Positions 42,695-52,811 of a stretch of DNA of 64,000 nt are shown in pieces. The translations under genes and the position numbers were made by a program. The stretch is from an uncultured Chloroflexia bacterium (GTDB lineage: Bacteria > Chloroflexota > Anaerolineae > B4-G1 > SLSP01): assembly GCA_963751345.1 (NCBI GenBank), contig CAVVUS010000044.1:41274-105273 (forward strand). The letters run 5' to 3'. The notes beneath the pieces are model-generated. The model searched no databases and had not been told where the DNA came from. It saw only the letters and a program-made list of their open reading frames with translations. Every line of letters begins with the position of its first letter. Within the stretch, counting starts at the first letter, position 1.

Positions 42695-43655
42695 ATGACG
42701 GAGCTCGGTGCCGGGGCGATTCCCGGATTCGTCGACTTGCAGGTCAATGGGTTCGGGGGCGTAGATTTCTCGGATCCCGGTCCTGACGCGTGATGCGGCC
42801 TCCGACGCATTCCGCGATCTGCTGGCCCACGGGACGGCCGGCTTCTTGCCTACCGTCATCACCAGTCCCCCGGAGGTCTACCGGCACAACCTCCCCTTGC
42901 TTGCGGACCTTGTGACGTCCGAGGAGTTCTCAGGGCGGGCGCTGGGCCTGCACCTGGAAGGCCCCTTCATCTCGCGAGTGCCCGGCGCAGTAGGGGCGCA
43001 CGACCCACGGCACGTGGTGGACCCCGATGTCGCGCTACTGGAGGAGCTCCTGGATCTCGGTGGTGGTCACGTACGCTTGCTCACGGTGGCCGCCGAGGCG
43101 CCCGGCGCGGAAGGTGTGGTGCGTCTTGCGGTCGCGCGTGGCGTCACCGTGTCAATTGGGCACTCCCTCTTCGATGCAGCGTCACTGGAGCGTATGCACG
43201 ATGCCGGGGCTACCGCGCTGACGCACCTTGGCAACGGGCTCCCCAATATGCTGCCGCGGCACCCGAACCCGATCTGGGCCGGGCTGGGCAATGATGACTT
43301 CACGGCGATGGTCATCGCGGACGGGCACCATCTTCCCCTGGATGTGCTCCGCACGATGGTGCGGGCGAAGGGGACGGAGCGGCTGATCGTCGTCAGCGAT
43401 GCGTCGCCGGTGGCTGGGATGCCGCCGGGAGAGTACGACGTGATGGGGAACCACGCGATCCTGGAGCCGTCGGGGCGTCTCTACAACCCGGAGAAACAGT
43501 GCCTGGTGGGATCGACAGCCACGATGCGGGACTGCATGGACGTGCTGGCCGGGCTCGGGCTGCTCAGCCGGGAGGAATTGGTCCGCGTTGGGCTCGTCAA
43601 CCCGCTTCGCCTTATCGGGCTGGACCCTGCGGACTGCGACCTTCTTCGAGAATGA
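42695..43655 (+). CDS. nagA: N-acetylglucosamine-6-phosphate deacetylase (frameshift near 42780)
   Basis: PGFVDLQVNG after ATG 42695; HLEGPF, GAH, IGHS, THLGN, DGHH, VSDA. Confidence 0.88.
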
Positions 43656-43838
43656 TCGCGACACGGAGTCCGGGCGGACCGTCGAACCGCGGGTCCGGTC
43701 GCGAGCCAGAGCTTGCGATTTGGCACGTTGCAGGCGTGGGCGTTGCGCGGTCAGCAGATCTGTGGTCCGGTCGCCCTGGTGGTAACACGCGCTGGAACGT
43801 CAGAGGGCCTGCACGGTAGCTCCGTGCAGGCCCTCTCG

Positions 43839-44225
43839 TTATGCTTTCGCGATGCGGTCAAGAGGACTGCGCGATGGGCTGACCTGGGCGATGTGAACGT
43901 TGACCCCCATCGGGTGGTGTGCTTCATTCCTGTAGCTCTCGATCGAGCAGAGCCCTACCTCCGCCATCCAGGCAGGTTCGTCGACCTCGCGAACCTGAAC
44001 CACGGCCCATGCTCCGGGCCCAAGCAAGCTACGCGCGAGTGCCAGGAGGCGTAGGCTCGTCGACGACAGTGGTGCGTCTGGCGCGATGTAGAACCACGAT
44101 AGAAAGTCCTCATCGATCGCGACGACGACATCATCGGCCAGGTTACCGCATCTGTGCTCAGCAAGCTTGAGGGTGTGGCAGATCCTCTCAGGTGCCTCAC
44201 CCACGTGTTCCTTTGTGATTTTCAT
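43839..44225 (-). CDS. Hypothetical protein, possibly a degenerate GNAT fold
   Basis: ATG 44225 overlaps the 3' end of the GNAT gene; LSWFYIAP...LRLLALA weakly recalls GNAT motif A. Confidence 0.45.
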   Translation of the reverse strand: MKITKEHVGEAPERICHTLKLAEHRCGNLADDVVVAIDEDFLSWFYIAPDAPLSSTSLRLLALARSLLGPGAWAVVQVREVDEPAWMAEVGLCSIESYRNEAHHPMGVNVHIAQVSPSRSPLDRIAKA

Positions 44226-45334
44226 CTTCGTCTCCCCCCGCCACCGGTTGTTCGGCATCCAGCGGCTTTCGATAGACGGTCTCCCGCTCGTAGACCGTGT
44301 AGCCCATACTCTCGTAGAGCGCCAAGGCGCCATTGGGATTCAGCGCGTCGACGCCGAGCGCGGCCTCCGTCATCCCTAGTTCCCGGTGCATCACCAGGCT
44401 TCGGGCGATGAGCGCGCGCGCAAGCCCTCGCCGTCGCCACGGCCGGCGTACGCAGATCGTCTCAGTGTAGCCGCGCTTCCGACCGTACTCCTCGTTCTCT
44501 GCCTCGTCGATGAAGTTGAGGATCATCCCCGCGACCTCGTCCCCGGCCCAGGCGACCTGCCACAATGCCGGGTTGAACGTCGGGCTCTCCTGCCAGGAGG
44601 CGAAGTTCGAGTCGGCCCATTCCGCCTCGGAGAAGCCCCAGTGATCGCGGAAAGCCTCCCGCGCCGCGGCCCAGATCTGCAGGTAGTGCTCCGGCGCCAC
44701 CGGCCTCACTTCAAGCCCGTCGGGTATCGGATACGTCGGTACGCGGTCCAGGCCACGACGCACCATGCCGTAGCCGTAACGTACGGCCCGGTACCCCTCG
44801 CTATCCAGGAGCGCGATCCAGTCTGTCTCGTTCTCCTGGGCCCAACATTCAAACGTGCGCTCAGCACTCGCGTCGTGCTCTGCAGCGATGGCCCGCAGCC
44901 GATCTTCGTTATGGTGAAGCAGCGCCCTCCGGATGTCCTTGCCGCGCCATGCGGGGAGCAGAAAGGCAAAGTGCCCCAGGACGAGCGGTCCGTCGACGAC
45001 CTGGTTCCACCAGACGCGCCCGTATCCCACGACATCTGCGCCCTGGGCGACGTCTGCGCCCCGGGCGACGTCTGCCTTCCCCGCTTGCGCTGTCGTGGAC
45101 CTCGACCAGCGTCACGTCCGCCGCCGGATCGCAGTTTGTCAGATGCGCATAGCTGCGTCTGAGGTCATCCAGCGTCTGAGTGCGCTCGAGACCGTCGGCC
45201 TCCTTGCTCCCCTCGATCACGGCAAGCATAGCGGGGAGGTCTTCCTCACCCTTGTACCTGCGAAAGTGTACCCCCTCGATCTTCACGTTTTCTGTGACCA
45301 GCATCCTCGCATCCTGCACGGTAATGTCTGACAT
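44197..45334 (-). CDS. Tandem-domain GNAT acetyltransferase (frameshift near 45085)
   Basis: LLPAWRGKDI and VRRPWRRRGLARAL; LGVDALNPNGALALYESMGY; AAGGAG RBS before ATG 45334. Confidence 0.88.
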
Positions 45335-45381
45335 CGCTCGCTCCTTCATTCTGACCTGGGCCCACGGAGGGCCGGGACAAC

Positions 45382-45464
45382 AAAAAAAGGCCGTGGTGGA
45401 GACCCACGGCCTGGGAATGCTGGGACGAAAAACGGCCGTGGGATCGCAGTGACCCACGGCCGTT
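45382..45464 (-). terminator. Two tandem terminators with shared arms in the GNAT leader
   Basis: AACGGCCGTGGG/CCCACGGCCGTT+TTT and AGGCCGTGG/CCACGGCCT+TTTTTT. Confidence 0.85.
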
Positions 45465-45478
45465 GTGCTAGAGTTTGG

Positions 45479-45577
45479 CTATTCTAACCTTCCGGGAGGC
45501 GCACTGCGACAAGGCAAGGGTGCCAGTTCTGTGGCTGGCATCGTCTTGAAGCGAAGATAGGTTGCTGTTGTCATCAT
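45479..45577 (-). CDS. Putative leader peptide MMTTATYLRFKTMPATELAPLPCRSAPPGRLE
   Basis: GGGAG RBS, downstream of TTGACA-16-TACAAT (45643-45616); stop 14 nt before the first terminator. Confidence 0.6.
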   Translation of the reverse strand: MMTTATYLRFKTMPATELAPLPCRSAPPGRLE

Positions 45578-45682
45578 TATCAGTCTCCCAAAGGTGCTGC
45601 TGTTCAACTGCGCATATTGTAAACGAGGCCTGTTTTTTGTCAAACGAGGTGCGGGCATATCTACCGGTGCTATACTTGCCGC

Positions 45683-47352
45683 GTGATTGGCTCAAAGAGG
45701 GCTCAAGGGCGTGCGGTACACACCGTGGCGCGCGGTTTGGCCGCGGCTCTGTACCGGTGGCTCTGGGTGTGCCTGCTGCTCGTGTCCGTGGGCATACGCG
45801 CTGTGAGCCCGGACTGGGACTCAGGGATTGCAGCTCATCCTGATGAGCGCTATCTCCTCGGGGTGGCCGCGGACGCACCCCTCTATGGGAATATCTGCGC
45901 CGTCGCCCCGGATTTCCCCTATGGACATCTGCCGGTCACGCTGGCGCGCCTGCTGGTGTTATCGGCCCCGCGAGCCGATCCCCTCTACGCCGCGCGGCTC
46001 CTTTCAGCGCTGGTCGGGGTGATCCTTGTGGCGCTTGCGGGTGGGTGTGGTCGGTGGCTCGGAGGACGTGGCACCGCCCTCGTCTCGGGTACGCTGACGG
46101 CCTTTGCGCCATTCCTGGTGCAGCAGGCGCACTTCTTCACGGTCGATCCGTTTGCGGCGGCCTTCGTCTCGGGTGCCGTGCTGGCGGGCTGCCGTCATAG
46201 GTGGCGATGGTCAGGTGCGCTGCTCGGCCTGGCGGTCGCGTGCAAGGTATCGGTCGCGGTGGCTGCGTTGCCCCTGGCGACAGCTGCCTACTTGGCGATG
46301 TCCCCGAGCGACGCAGGAAAGGGTGGGAGATGGCGACGTGTAGGAGGGCTCCTGGGGATGACTGTGGTCGCCTTTGCCCTGGCCTCGCCGTGGTCACTGC
46401 TCGCGCCTGCTGCCTGTTGGCGAGGGCCCATCGCCCAAAGCCTGATGGCGAGCGGTCGATTCGATTTCCCCTACACGCGGCAGTACAACGGCACCCTGCC
46501 TTACGTCTACCCACTGGTCCAGATGGGGCTCTGGGGTCTCGGGCCGACGGCGACGATCTTCGGTCTCCTTGGCCTCGTGGTGGCCCCGCTAAGGACTGGT
46601 GTCCTTGCGGTCGCTGATGGGGCGGGCCGCGTGGCTCTGGCCGGTGCTCTTCTTCGTAGCGACGGCCGGACTTAGCGTGAAGTTCCCGCGCTATCTGCTC
46701 CCGCTGTACCCCTGGTGGTCAGCCTGGGCCGCACTCGCGGCCCTGACGATCTGGCGTCGCCGGTGGTGGCAGCGAGCGGCCCTGGCGGCGTTGGTCACCC
46801 TGCCCACCGTGGCGCTTGGCTTGGCGCAGGTGGGGGTGTATCGCGATGTGCACCCGTGGGTCGCGGCGTCGGAGTGGATCTACCACAACACGGCTGCCGG
46901 TGAGATCGTGGCCATCGAGGAATGGGATCATCCTCTCCCTGTGCCACTTCCGGGACGGCGATCCTGAGGAGTACATCCAGATCACGCTCTCGACGCTTGC
47001 CGACGAGAGTGCAGCGAAAGCGCAAGCCCTTTCGCATGCCAGCTCTGAGGCTTCGATGATTGTCCTGGCAAGTCGCCGTGGGTATGGCGCCTTGGCGCGC
47101 CAACCGACCCGTCACGCGGCCACGTTGGCGTGGTACCAAAGCCTGTTTGACACTCGCAGCGTGGTGACCTTTACGCGCTGTCCGAGGATCGGGCCCGTGG
47201 CTCTTACCGATGATCCGCTGGCTGATGCCGGCTTGCCCGTGACGGCGACGCTTGCCGAGAGATGCAGCACGCGCTATGCGCTGCGATTGCCGCGCCTCGA
47301 CGAGAGCTTCCGGGTCTACGACGCCCCGCTAGTCGTTCTGCTTCGAAGATAA
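45683..47352 (+). CDS. GT-C / family 39-like membrane glycosyltransferase (frameshifts near 46600 and 46950; start uncertain)
   Basis: HPDE, YGHLP, QQAHFFTVD, LAVACK, PYTRQY, KFPRYLLP, DESFRVYD. Confidence 0.8.
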
Positions 47353-47454
47353 CTCCCCCGCCGCACGTTCGCGTCGGAGCACACCGCAGGCCGCTGGGCA
47401 TCCCTGCCCTGCTTGTCATGCGACCTGTCCGTGTTAGAATCTTCCGTTGGAGTT

Positions 47455-49005
47455 ATGATGACGTACTTCTACCCGCTCATGCTATACCTGGGATTCGGCG
47501 GCGGCCTGTTGCTTCTGGGGGTTGGCTCCATCCCGAAACTCCGCGCACTGCGAAAGCCCTTGTCAGCCACGTGCGTCACGGCCATGGCTATGATATGGGC
47601 ACTCGCGCCATCGGCGGGGCGCTGGATCCTGTCGGTCTGGAGCCCCAGCGGGGTCACAGGCGGGCTGTTGGTCCTCGATATGTCCTCCTCGGCATGGTGG
47701 TGTGTGCTGTTATTACTGGCTGCGGCGAGCGGCGCATTGTGGGTCACTGTCGCCGAGCGTACTGACGCTTTACCCCTCACGGGCATGTTGCTCGTGATCC
47801 TCCTCACTGTGACGTGGCTGGCACTGACCTCAGGGTCGCTGCTGCTGACATTGGCGATGTGGACCGTCTTCGATCTGCTCTGGTTCGTCGTGCGGCTCGT
47901 TGCTGGCTCAGATGGTGAACGTGTGGTTTGGGGATCTGCGCTCAACGGCATGGCCTCGTTGATCCTCTGGGTTGCCTCACTCCTGCTGCTCCAGCAGGGC
48001 GACAGCGGGCTCTGGTGGCTGATGCGACCATCCGGCTCCATTCTCACCCTGATGACGGGGGCAGCACTCGTGCGCATTGGCTTCTATCCCTTCCAGATGG
48101 TGCACACTGAGACGCTGCGTCCATCGAGACCCCTCGCCCTGATGAGCATGATGAACCCGTTCATGGGCGTTGCCCTGCTCTACCATCTGGCCTCGCTGCC
48201 TGCGCCCTATGGCCTCCCCAGCTGGCTCCCAGTCTGGGGGTGCCTATCGGTGTTCTGGTCGGGTGTGAAGGCGTTGAGCCTGCGTGGACGGGCTGCGTTG
48301 CTTCCCGCAGTCGTGGGCTGGCTCCTGGCGATTGTGACGGGCAGCGTCCTGTTGTCGAGTGCTGAGATGCTGTTAGTCGGCAGCGGCGTGTGGTTCGTGT
48401 GTGTTGCCCTGCTGCTGGTGGCCCGGAGCTTCAGTGCGCGGGATTTCTACATGTCCTGGCCCTCGGCGATAGCAGCCATCTTTCTTGTCGGAGCGCCTGT
48501 GTCGCCCCTGTACGGACTGTATACTGCGGTCCTGTCGGGCGCCCCCTGGGGGTGGCGGGTGCTCTTCGCGGTGGGTCTGTGTTTCCTCGTGGCCTCAACC
48601 TTTCGCGGCATCTCGTGGCATGTGAAGGTCCACGTGCGCCCCCCCACGTCGCGGCAGTGGCTCCCGATGCTGGGTGGATACCTCTTGGTGGCCGTTGCAC
48701 TTACTGCGGTGACGAACAGCTTTCACGCGGGTGTTGCATCTGCACTGGGTTTCTCTCTGTGGGTCGTCGCCGTAGGCAGCGGCGTCGCGCTGGCGCGCTG
48801 GGGCGGCGGCGTCCAACGTGCCTGGCGGCAGGCTCGACCCGTGATCCAGCTTCTTGACCTGCAGTGGCTGTATCGGGCCGCTTGGCAAGGCGCACAGCAC
48901 CTTCTTGGCGTGGTGCGCGTCACGGCTGAGGTGGTGGAAGGGAGCGGATCCGTGCTCTGGTCTGTATTGATCTTGCTTCTCGTCTTGCTGGTCCTAGGAA
49001 GCTGA
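47455..49005 (+). CDS. Divergent NuoL/M/N (Mrp antiporter-like) membrane protein
   Basis: ~14 TMs; RIGFYPFQ matches KxGxxPFH; GAPVSP; C-terminal LLDLQWLY...VVEG. Confidence 0.6.
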   Translation: MMTYFYPLMLYLGFGGGLLLLGVGSIPKLRALRKPLSATCVTAMAMIWALAPSAGRWILSVWSPSGVTGGLLVLDMSSSAWWCVLLLLAAASGALWVTVAERTDALPLTGMLLVILLTVTWLALTSGSLLLTLAMWTVFDLLWFVVRLVAGSDGERVVWGSALNGMASLILWVASLLLLQQGDSGLWWLMRPSGSILTLMTGAALVRIGFYPFQMVHTETLRPSRPLALMSMMNPFMGVALLYHLASLPAPYGLPSWLPVWGCLSVFWSGVKALSLRGRAALLPAVVGWLLAIVTGSVLLSSAEMLLVGSGVWFVCVALLLVARSFSARDFYMSWPSAIAAIFLVGAPVSPLYGLYTAVLSGAPWGWRVLFAVGLCFLVASTFRGISWHVKVHVRPPTSRQWLPMLGGYLLVAVALTAVTNSFHAGVASALGFSLWVVAVGSGVALARWGGGVQRAWRQARPVIQLLDLQWLYRAAWQGAQHLLGVVRVTAEVVEGSGSVLWSVLILLLVLLVLGS

Positions 49006-49628
49006 TGGATTCCTTCGTCACCTGGCTCGATCGATTCTCCGAGTTCGTCTCGCTGCCTGCTGCCTGGGGCATCTTTGGTGCCGGCGCCGTCGTCTATCTC
49101 ATCAACGCCTGGCGCATCCGCTTTCTCGCGCTGTTGGTTCAGTATGCTTTCATCGGCGTATTGTTCGCGCGCATCTTCGATACCCGTCCCGAGCTAACGC
49201 TGATGAAAGTGTTGGTCGGTTGGGTGATCAGTGGCGCGCTGCTAATCAGCGCCGGGATCCGCCGGCGGTCAAGCCGCGAGCCGGGCAAGATCATGCGTTG
49301 GGCCGCGAACCTGCCGTTCCGCATCCTGATTCTGCTTACCGCGACGGTCGTCGCGAGGTTGGCTTCACAGCGCTTTGCCCTGCCCTATGTTTCGGCCGAT
49401 CTTGGGTTGGCCTGTTTTGTCCTCGTGGTACTGGCCGTGCTCTTCTTCGGCACGGAGGAGGAAGATCCCGGTATCGTTGGCGTCGGCATTTTGAACCTTC
49501 TGGCAGCGTTGGACATCTTTTATTCGTCACAGGATCCGGGTTTGCTGGTGAGCGGTCTGTTGGTTGCCGTCAGCTTACTCGTTGGGCTCGCCGCGTCGTA
49601 TCTCATGGTCACCGAGGCGTCTTCGTGA
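49005..49628 (+). CDS. Small polytopic membrane protein (HyfE/NuoK-like by size and position)
   Basis: ~7 TMs; start and stop overlap both neighbours. Confidence 0.7.
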   Translation: MDSFVTWLDRFSEFVSLPAAWGIFGAGAVVYLINAWRIRFLALLVQYAFIGVLFARIFDTRPELTLMKVLVGWVISGALLISAGIRRRSSREPGKIMRWAANLPFRILILLTATVVARLASQRFALPYVSADLGLACFVLVVLAVLFFGTEEEDPGIVGVGILNLLAALDIFYSSQDPGLLVSGLLVAVSLLVGLAASYLMVTEASS

Positions 49629-51064
49629 GCTTGTCAGGTCCGCTCTTCATCGCGGTATCGTTGCTGGTCGCTGCGGCTGTCCTCCAGGCACTGCGGCGAT
49701 GGACCGGAATTATGGCGTGGCTCGCTGCCGGAGTGTCGGGCGCTGTGGCCGGGCTCGTGGCCTTCGTGCCGCTCAATCGAGCGGTCGAGGTCGGCCCCTT
49801 CACGGTCACCTTGGGAGAGCCGCTTGTGCTACTGGGGCGTATCCTAGTGATCGAGGACGTCGACCGCCTGCCCCTGATCTTCATCTGTGCTACGGCGGCC
49901 GGCCTTTTCATCGTCGCCTGGCGGATCCTGCCGCACTCGAACTTCTTCGCATCCGGGTTGGCCATCATAGCATGCCTGGCCGGGGCGCTGATGGTGTCCC
50001 AGGTCGTCTATGCTGCGCTTCTGGTCGAGATGGCCGCGATCCTGACCGTCTTCCCGCTCCACGAGCCGATCGTGGCCGTCGATGGGAGCCACTATGGGGG
50101 GCAGACCAAGGGTGGCCTGCAGTACATGGTCTACGCAACCCTGGCGCTGCCCGGCTTGATGATTACCCAGTTGCTGTTGGAGCAGTTCGCGATCTTCCCC
50201 AGCGATACGGGCCTGCTGCAGTCTGCCACGGTGCTGTTGGGTCTCTCGCTGGCGATGCTGCTGGGCGCCGTGCCGTTCCAGTCCTGGTTGTCGACGGTGG
50301 CAACCGACGGCGCCCCGCCTGTGGTCACGTTCCTCTTCACGGTCAACGTGGGCACGGTGTGGTTCTTGCTGCTTGCCTACCTGGAGTCCTACTCGTGGCT
50401 GAGTGAGCAAGCGGCCTTCGGCTCGCTCTTCACAATCGTCGGTCTGCTCATGATGGGACTGGGTGGGGCGCTGGCCGCCTCGCAGCGGCGCCTCGGCCGG
50501 ATTGTGGGCTACGCCACCCTGGTGGACAACGGTGCGATGTTCCTGGCGCTGGGCTCGCGCCAGGTCGCAGGCCTGTCGTTGACGATTGTGATGCTGATCG
50601 CGCGCCCGCTCGCGCTGGGCCTGATGACGCTGGGGCTTGACGGATTGCGGCGTATTGGCCGAGGCGATGACCGGATCGAGGGCTTGTTGGGAGCTGCATG
50701 GCGGGTGCCGTGGCGCACCCTGGCGTTCATGTTCGGTGGCATTGCGATGGCAGGCTTTCCACTCTCGCTTGGCTTCAGTGCGCGTTGGGGGCTCTACCGG
50801 CTTGTCGCTCAGCAGAATCTCTTCGAGGCGGTAATTGCCCTCGCCGGGAGCGCGGGCATTATGATGGGTCTTGTCAGCGCTGTGCGAGTTCTCCTGGCAT
50901 CGCCGGCCCAGGCCAGCGACAGGCGCACCGCACCCGAGGATGGCGTAGTGTTGTTCCTCATCGTGGCCCTGATGATCGGCACGGTGACGCTCGGTCTGTT
51001 CCCCCAGATTGTCAGCCAGCTAGCTCTGCAGATGGCCCAAGGCTTCACGTTCTTCACCAGGTAG
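49625..51064 (+). CDS. Proton-conducting-transporter family (NuoN/HyfF/MrpD-like) membrane protein
   Basis: GTG 49625; GAVPFQSWL, DGAPPV, QRRLGRIVGY, AMAGFPLSLGF, LGLFPQ. Confidence 0.8.
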   Translation: MSLSGPLFIAVSLLVAAAVLQALRRWTGIMAWLAAGVSGAVAGLVAFVPLNRAVEVGPFTVTLGEPLVLLGRILVIEDVDRLPLIFICATAAGLFIVAWRILPHSNFFASGLAIIACLAGALMVSQVVYAALLVEMAAILTVFPLHEPIVAVDGSHYGGQTKGGLQYMVYATLALPGLMITQLLLEQFAIFPSDTGLLQSATVLLGLSLAMLLGAVPFQSWLSTVATDGAPPVVTFLFTVNVGTVWFLLLAYLESYSWLSEQAAFGSLFTIVGLLMMGLGGALAASQRRLGRIVGYATLVDNGAMFLALGSRQVAGLSLTIVMLIARPLALGLMTLGLDGLRRIGRGDDRIEGLLGAAWRVPWRTLAFMFGGIAMAGFPLSLGFSARWGLYRLVAQQNLFEAVIALAGSAGIMMGLVSAVRVLLASPAQASDRRTAPEDGVVLFLIVALMIGTVTLGLFPQIVSQLALQMAQGFTFFTR

Positions 51065-51116
51065 GCAGAACGTAACCAGGTGTCGGGCATCTACTCGACA
51101 GTGAGGTGGATGAAGG

Positions 51117-52721
51117 ATGTCACTGAGTATCTACGACTTCCGAATTCGTCAGCGAGATCACCTACTCAGCATCACCAGGGCGATGGTGTCGCGGCTGAGC
51201 ATCCGTGGGGTGCTGCGCCTCATTCTGCAGGCTTCTGTCGACATGCTTCAGGGCCAATCAGGTCTGATCGCCCTGGCGAATGACGGCGGCGGATTCGGTT
51301 TCTGGGCCAGCTATGGGCTTCCGCCGGCTATGGTGGACTCGTTCAAACCCTTGGTCGAGGACGTGCCCGATGTGGAGCGGATCGAGGATTTCGTGATGCC
51401 CGATCTCGCGGAGAAACTCGGCGCGATAGCAGATGAGACCGGGCTTCTGCTGCGCCAGGTTGTCGCTCTGCCTATGATCGCGGAGCAGGAACTCCTCGGC
51501 GTCATCTTCATCTTCAGGGCCCAGAGCTCAAGGTTTTCGCCGGACGATCGCCAGATCCTGGCAAGTTTCGCCGACTACGCCGCCATTGCGGTTCATAACG
51601 CGCGCCTCTACGAATCCGCTGAGACGGAGCGGCGACGGCTGGATGCGCTCCTGGAATCGACTGCCGACGGGGTGATGGTCCTTCGCCCTGATCTTCGATT
51701 CGAACGGTTCAACCGGGCGCTAGTGACGCTGACAGGGTGGCCGGCGGCTGAGGCTGTGGGTCGGCAGCACGAGGATATCATCACGTGGGCGCGGCGGGCC
51801 TCCAGGTTAGCGCTGGAGGACGCCATTGCTCAAGGTTGGCCCACCGAGGAGGGCCGCACGCTCTACGTCGAGGGTGAGCTGCGACGCCGGAATGGCAGTC
51901 TGGTCTCTCTGGGCATTACCTACGCACCGCTGATGACCCGCGGAGGGCAGCTTCTCAACATCATCGGCACAGCCCGCGATATCACGCGATTCCGGGAAGC
52001 GGACGCGATCAAGGATACCTTCATCTCGGTCGTATCCCACGAGCTCAAGACGCCGGTCGCCATCATCAAAGGGTATGCCGAGACCCTCCAGCGCCCCGAA
52101 GCACGGCGCGACGAGGATATGGTCGAGGAAATGCTCGCCGACATCTCACAGGAGGCCGACCGACTTGCGCGCCTGGTGGACGATCTACTGGATGCCTCAC
52201 GCCTCCAGGCCGGTGGATTGCCGTTCAGGGACGTCGACGAGGTGGATCTGCGGCTCCTGGCCCAGCGCGTGGTGGACCGATATCGTGGTCGCACCAAGAA
52301 GCACCAACTGACGCTAGCTTTCCCGGATGATTTCCCAGTAATCCTGGGCGATGTCCAGCGTCTGGAGCAGGTGCTCGATAACCTCGTGTCCAACGCGGTC
52401 AAGTACTCACCCCACGGTGGCAAGATCGAGGTCCGCGGTCGCGCTACACCTGCGGAGATCGTTATCTCCGTTTCCGATGAGGGTGTGGGCATTCCCCTCG
52501 ACGAGCAGGAGCGGATTTTCGATCGCTTCTACCGCGTTGAGGGCCCTGAAACGCGGGCGGTGAGTGGCACCGGGCTTGGCCTCTATCTGACCCGAGCCAT
52601 CGTGGAGGCCCATGGCGGGCGTTGCTGGGTTTCCAGTACACCCGGTCGCGGTTCAACTTTCTACGTTGCCCTCCCGAGGGAAACGGGCCTGGCTATCTGG
52701 CACGGCGAGACTCTGGTATAA
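51117..52721 (+). CDS. Cytoplasmic GAF-PAS histidine kinase (no adjacent regulator)
   Basis: GAF (AIAVHNARLY), PAS, SHELKTP, NLVSNAVKYS, GTGLGL. Confidence 0.92.
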   Translation: MSLSIYDFRIRQRDHLLSITRAMVSRLSIRGVLRLILQASVDMLQGQSGLIALANDGGGFGFWASYGLPPAMVDSFKPLVEDVPDVERIEDFVMPDLAEKLGAIADETGLLLRQVVALPMIAEQELLGVIFIFRAQSSRFSPDDRQILASFADYAAIAVHNARLYESAETERRRLDALLESTADGVMVLRPDLRFERFNRALVTLTGWPAAEAVGRQHEDIITWARRASRLALEDAIAQGWPTEEGRTLYVEGELRRRNGSLVSLGITYAPLMTRGGQLLNIIGTARDITRFREADAIKDTFISVVSHELKTPVAIIKGYAETLQRPEARRDEDMVEEMLADISQEADRLARLVDDLLDASRLQAGGLPFRDVDEVDLRLLAQRVVDRYRGRTKKHQLTLAFPDDFPVILGDVQRLEQVLDNLVSNAVKYSPHGGKIEVRGRATPAEIVISVSDEGVGIPLDEQERIFDRFYRVEGPETRAVSGTGLGLYLTRAIVEAHGGRCWVSSTPGRGSTFYVALPRETGLAIWHGETLV

Positions 52722-52811
52722 TACGTGGGTTTGCGAAAGCCAACGGCGGCACCCGTAGGGTGCTGCCGACAAGAGATATTTGGGACGATGTCAGACCAAA
52801 GGAGTTACTGA

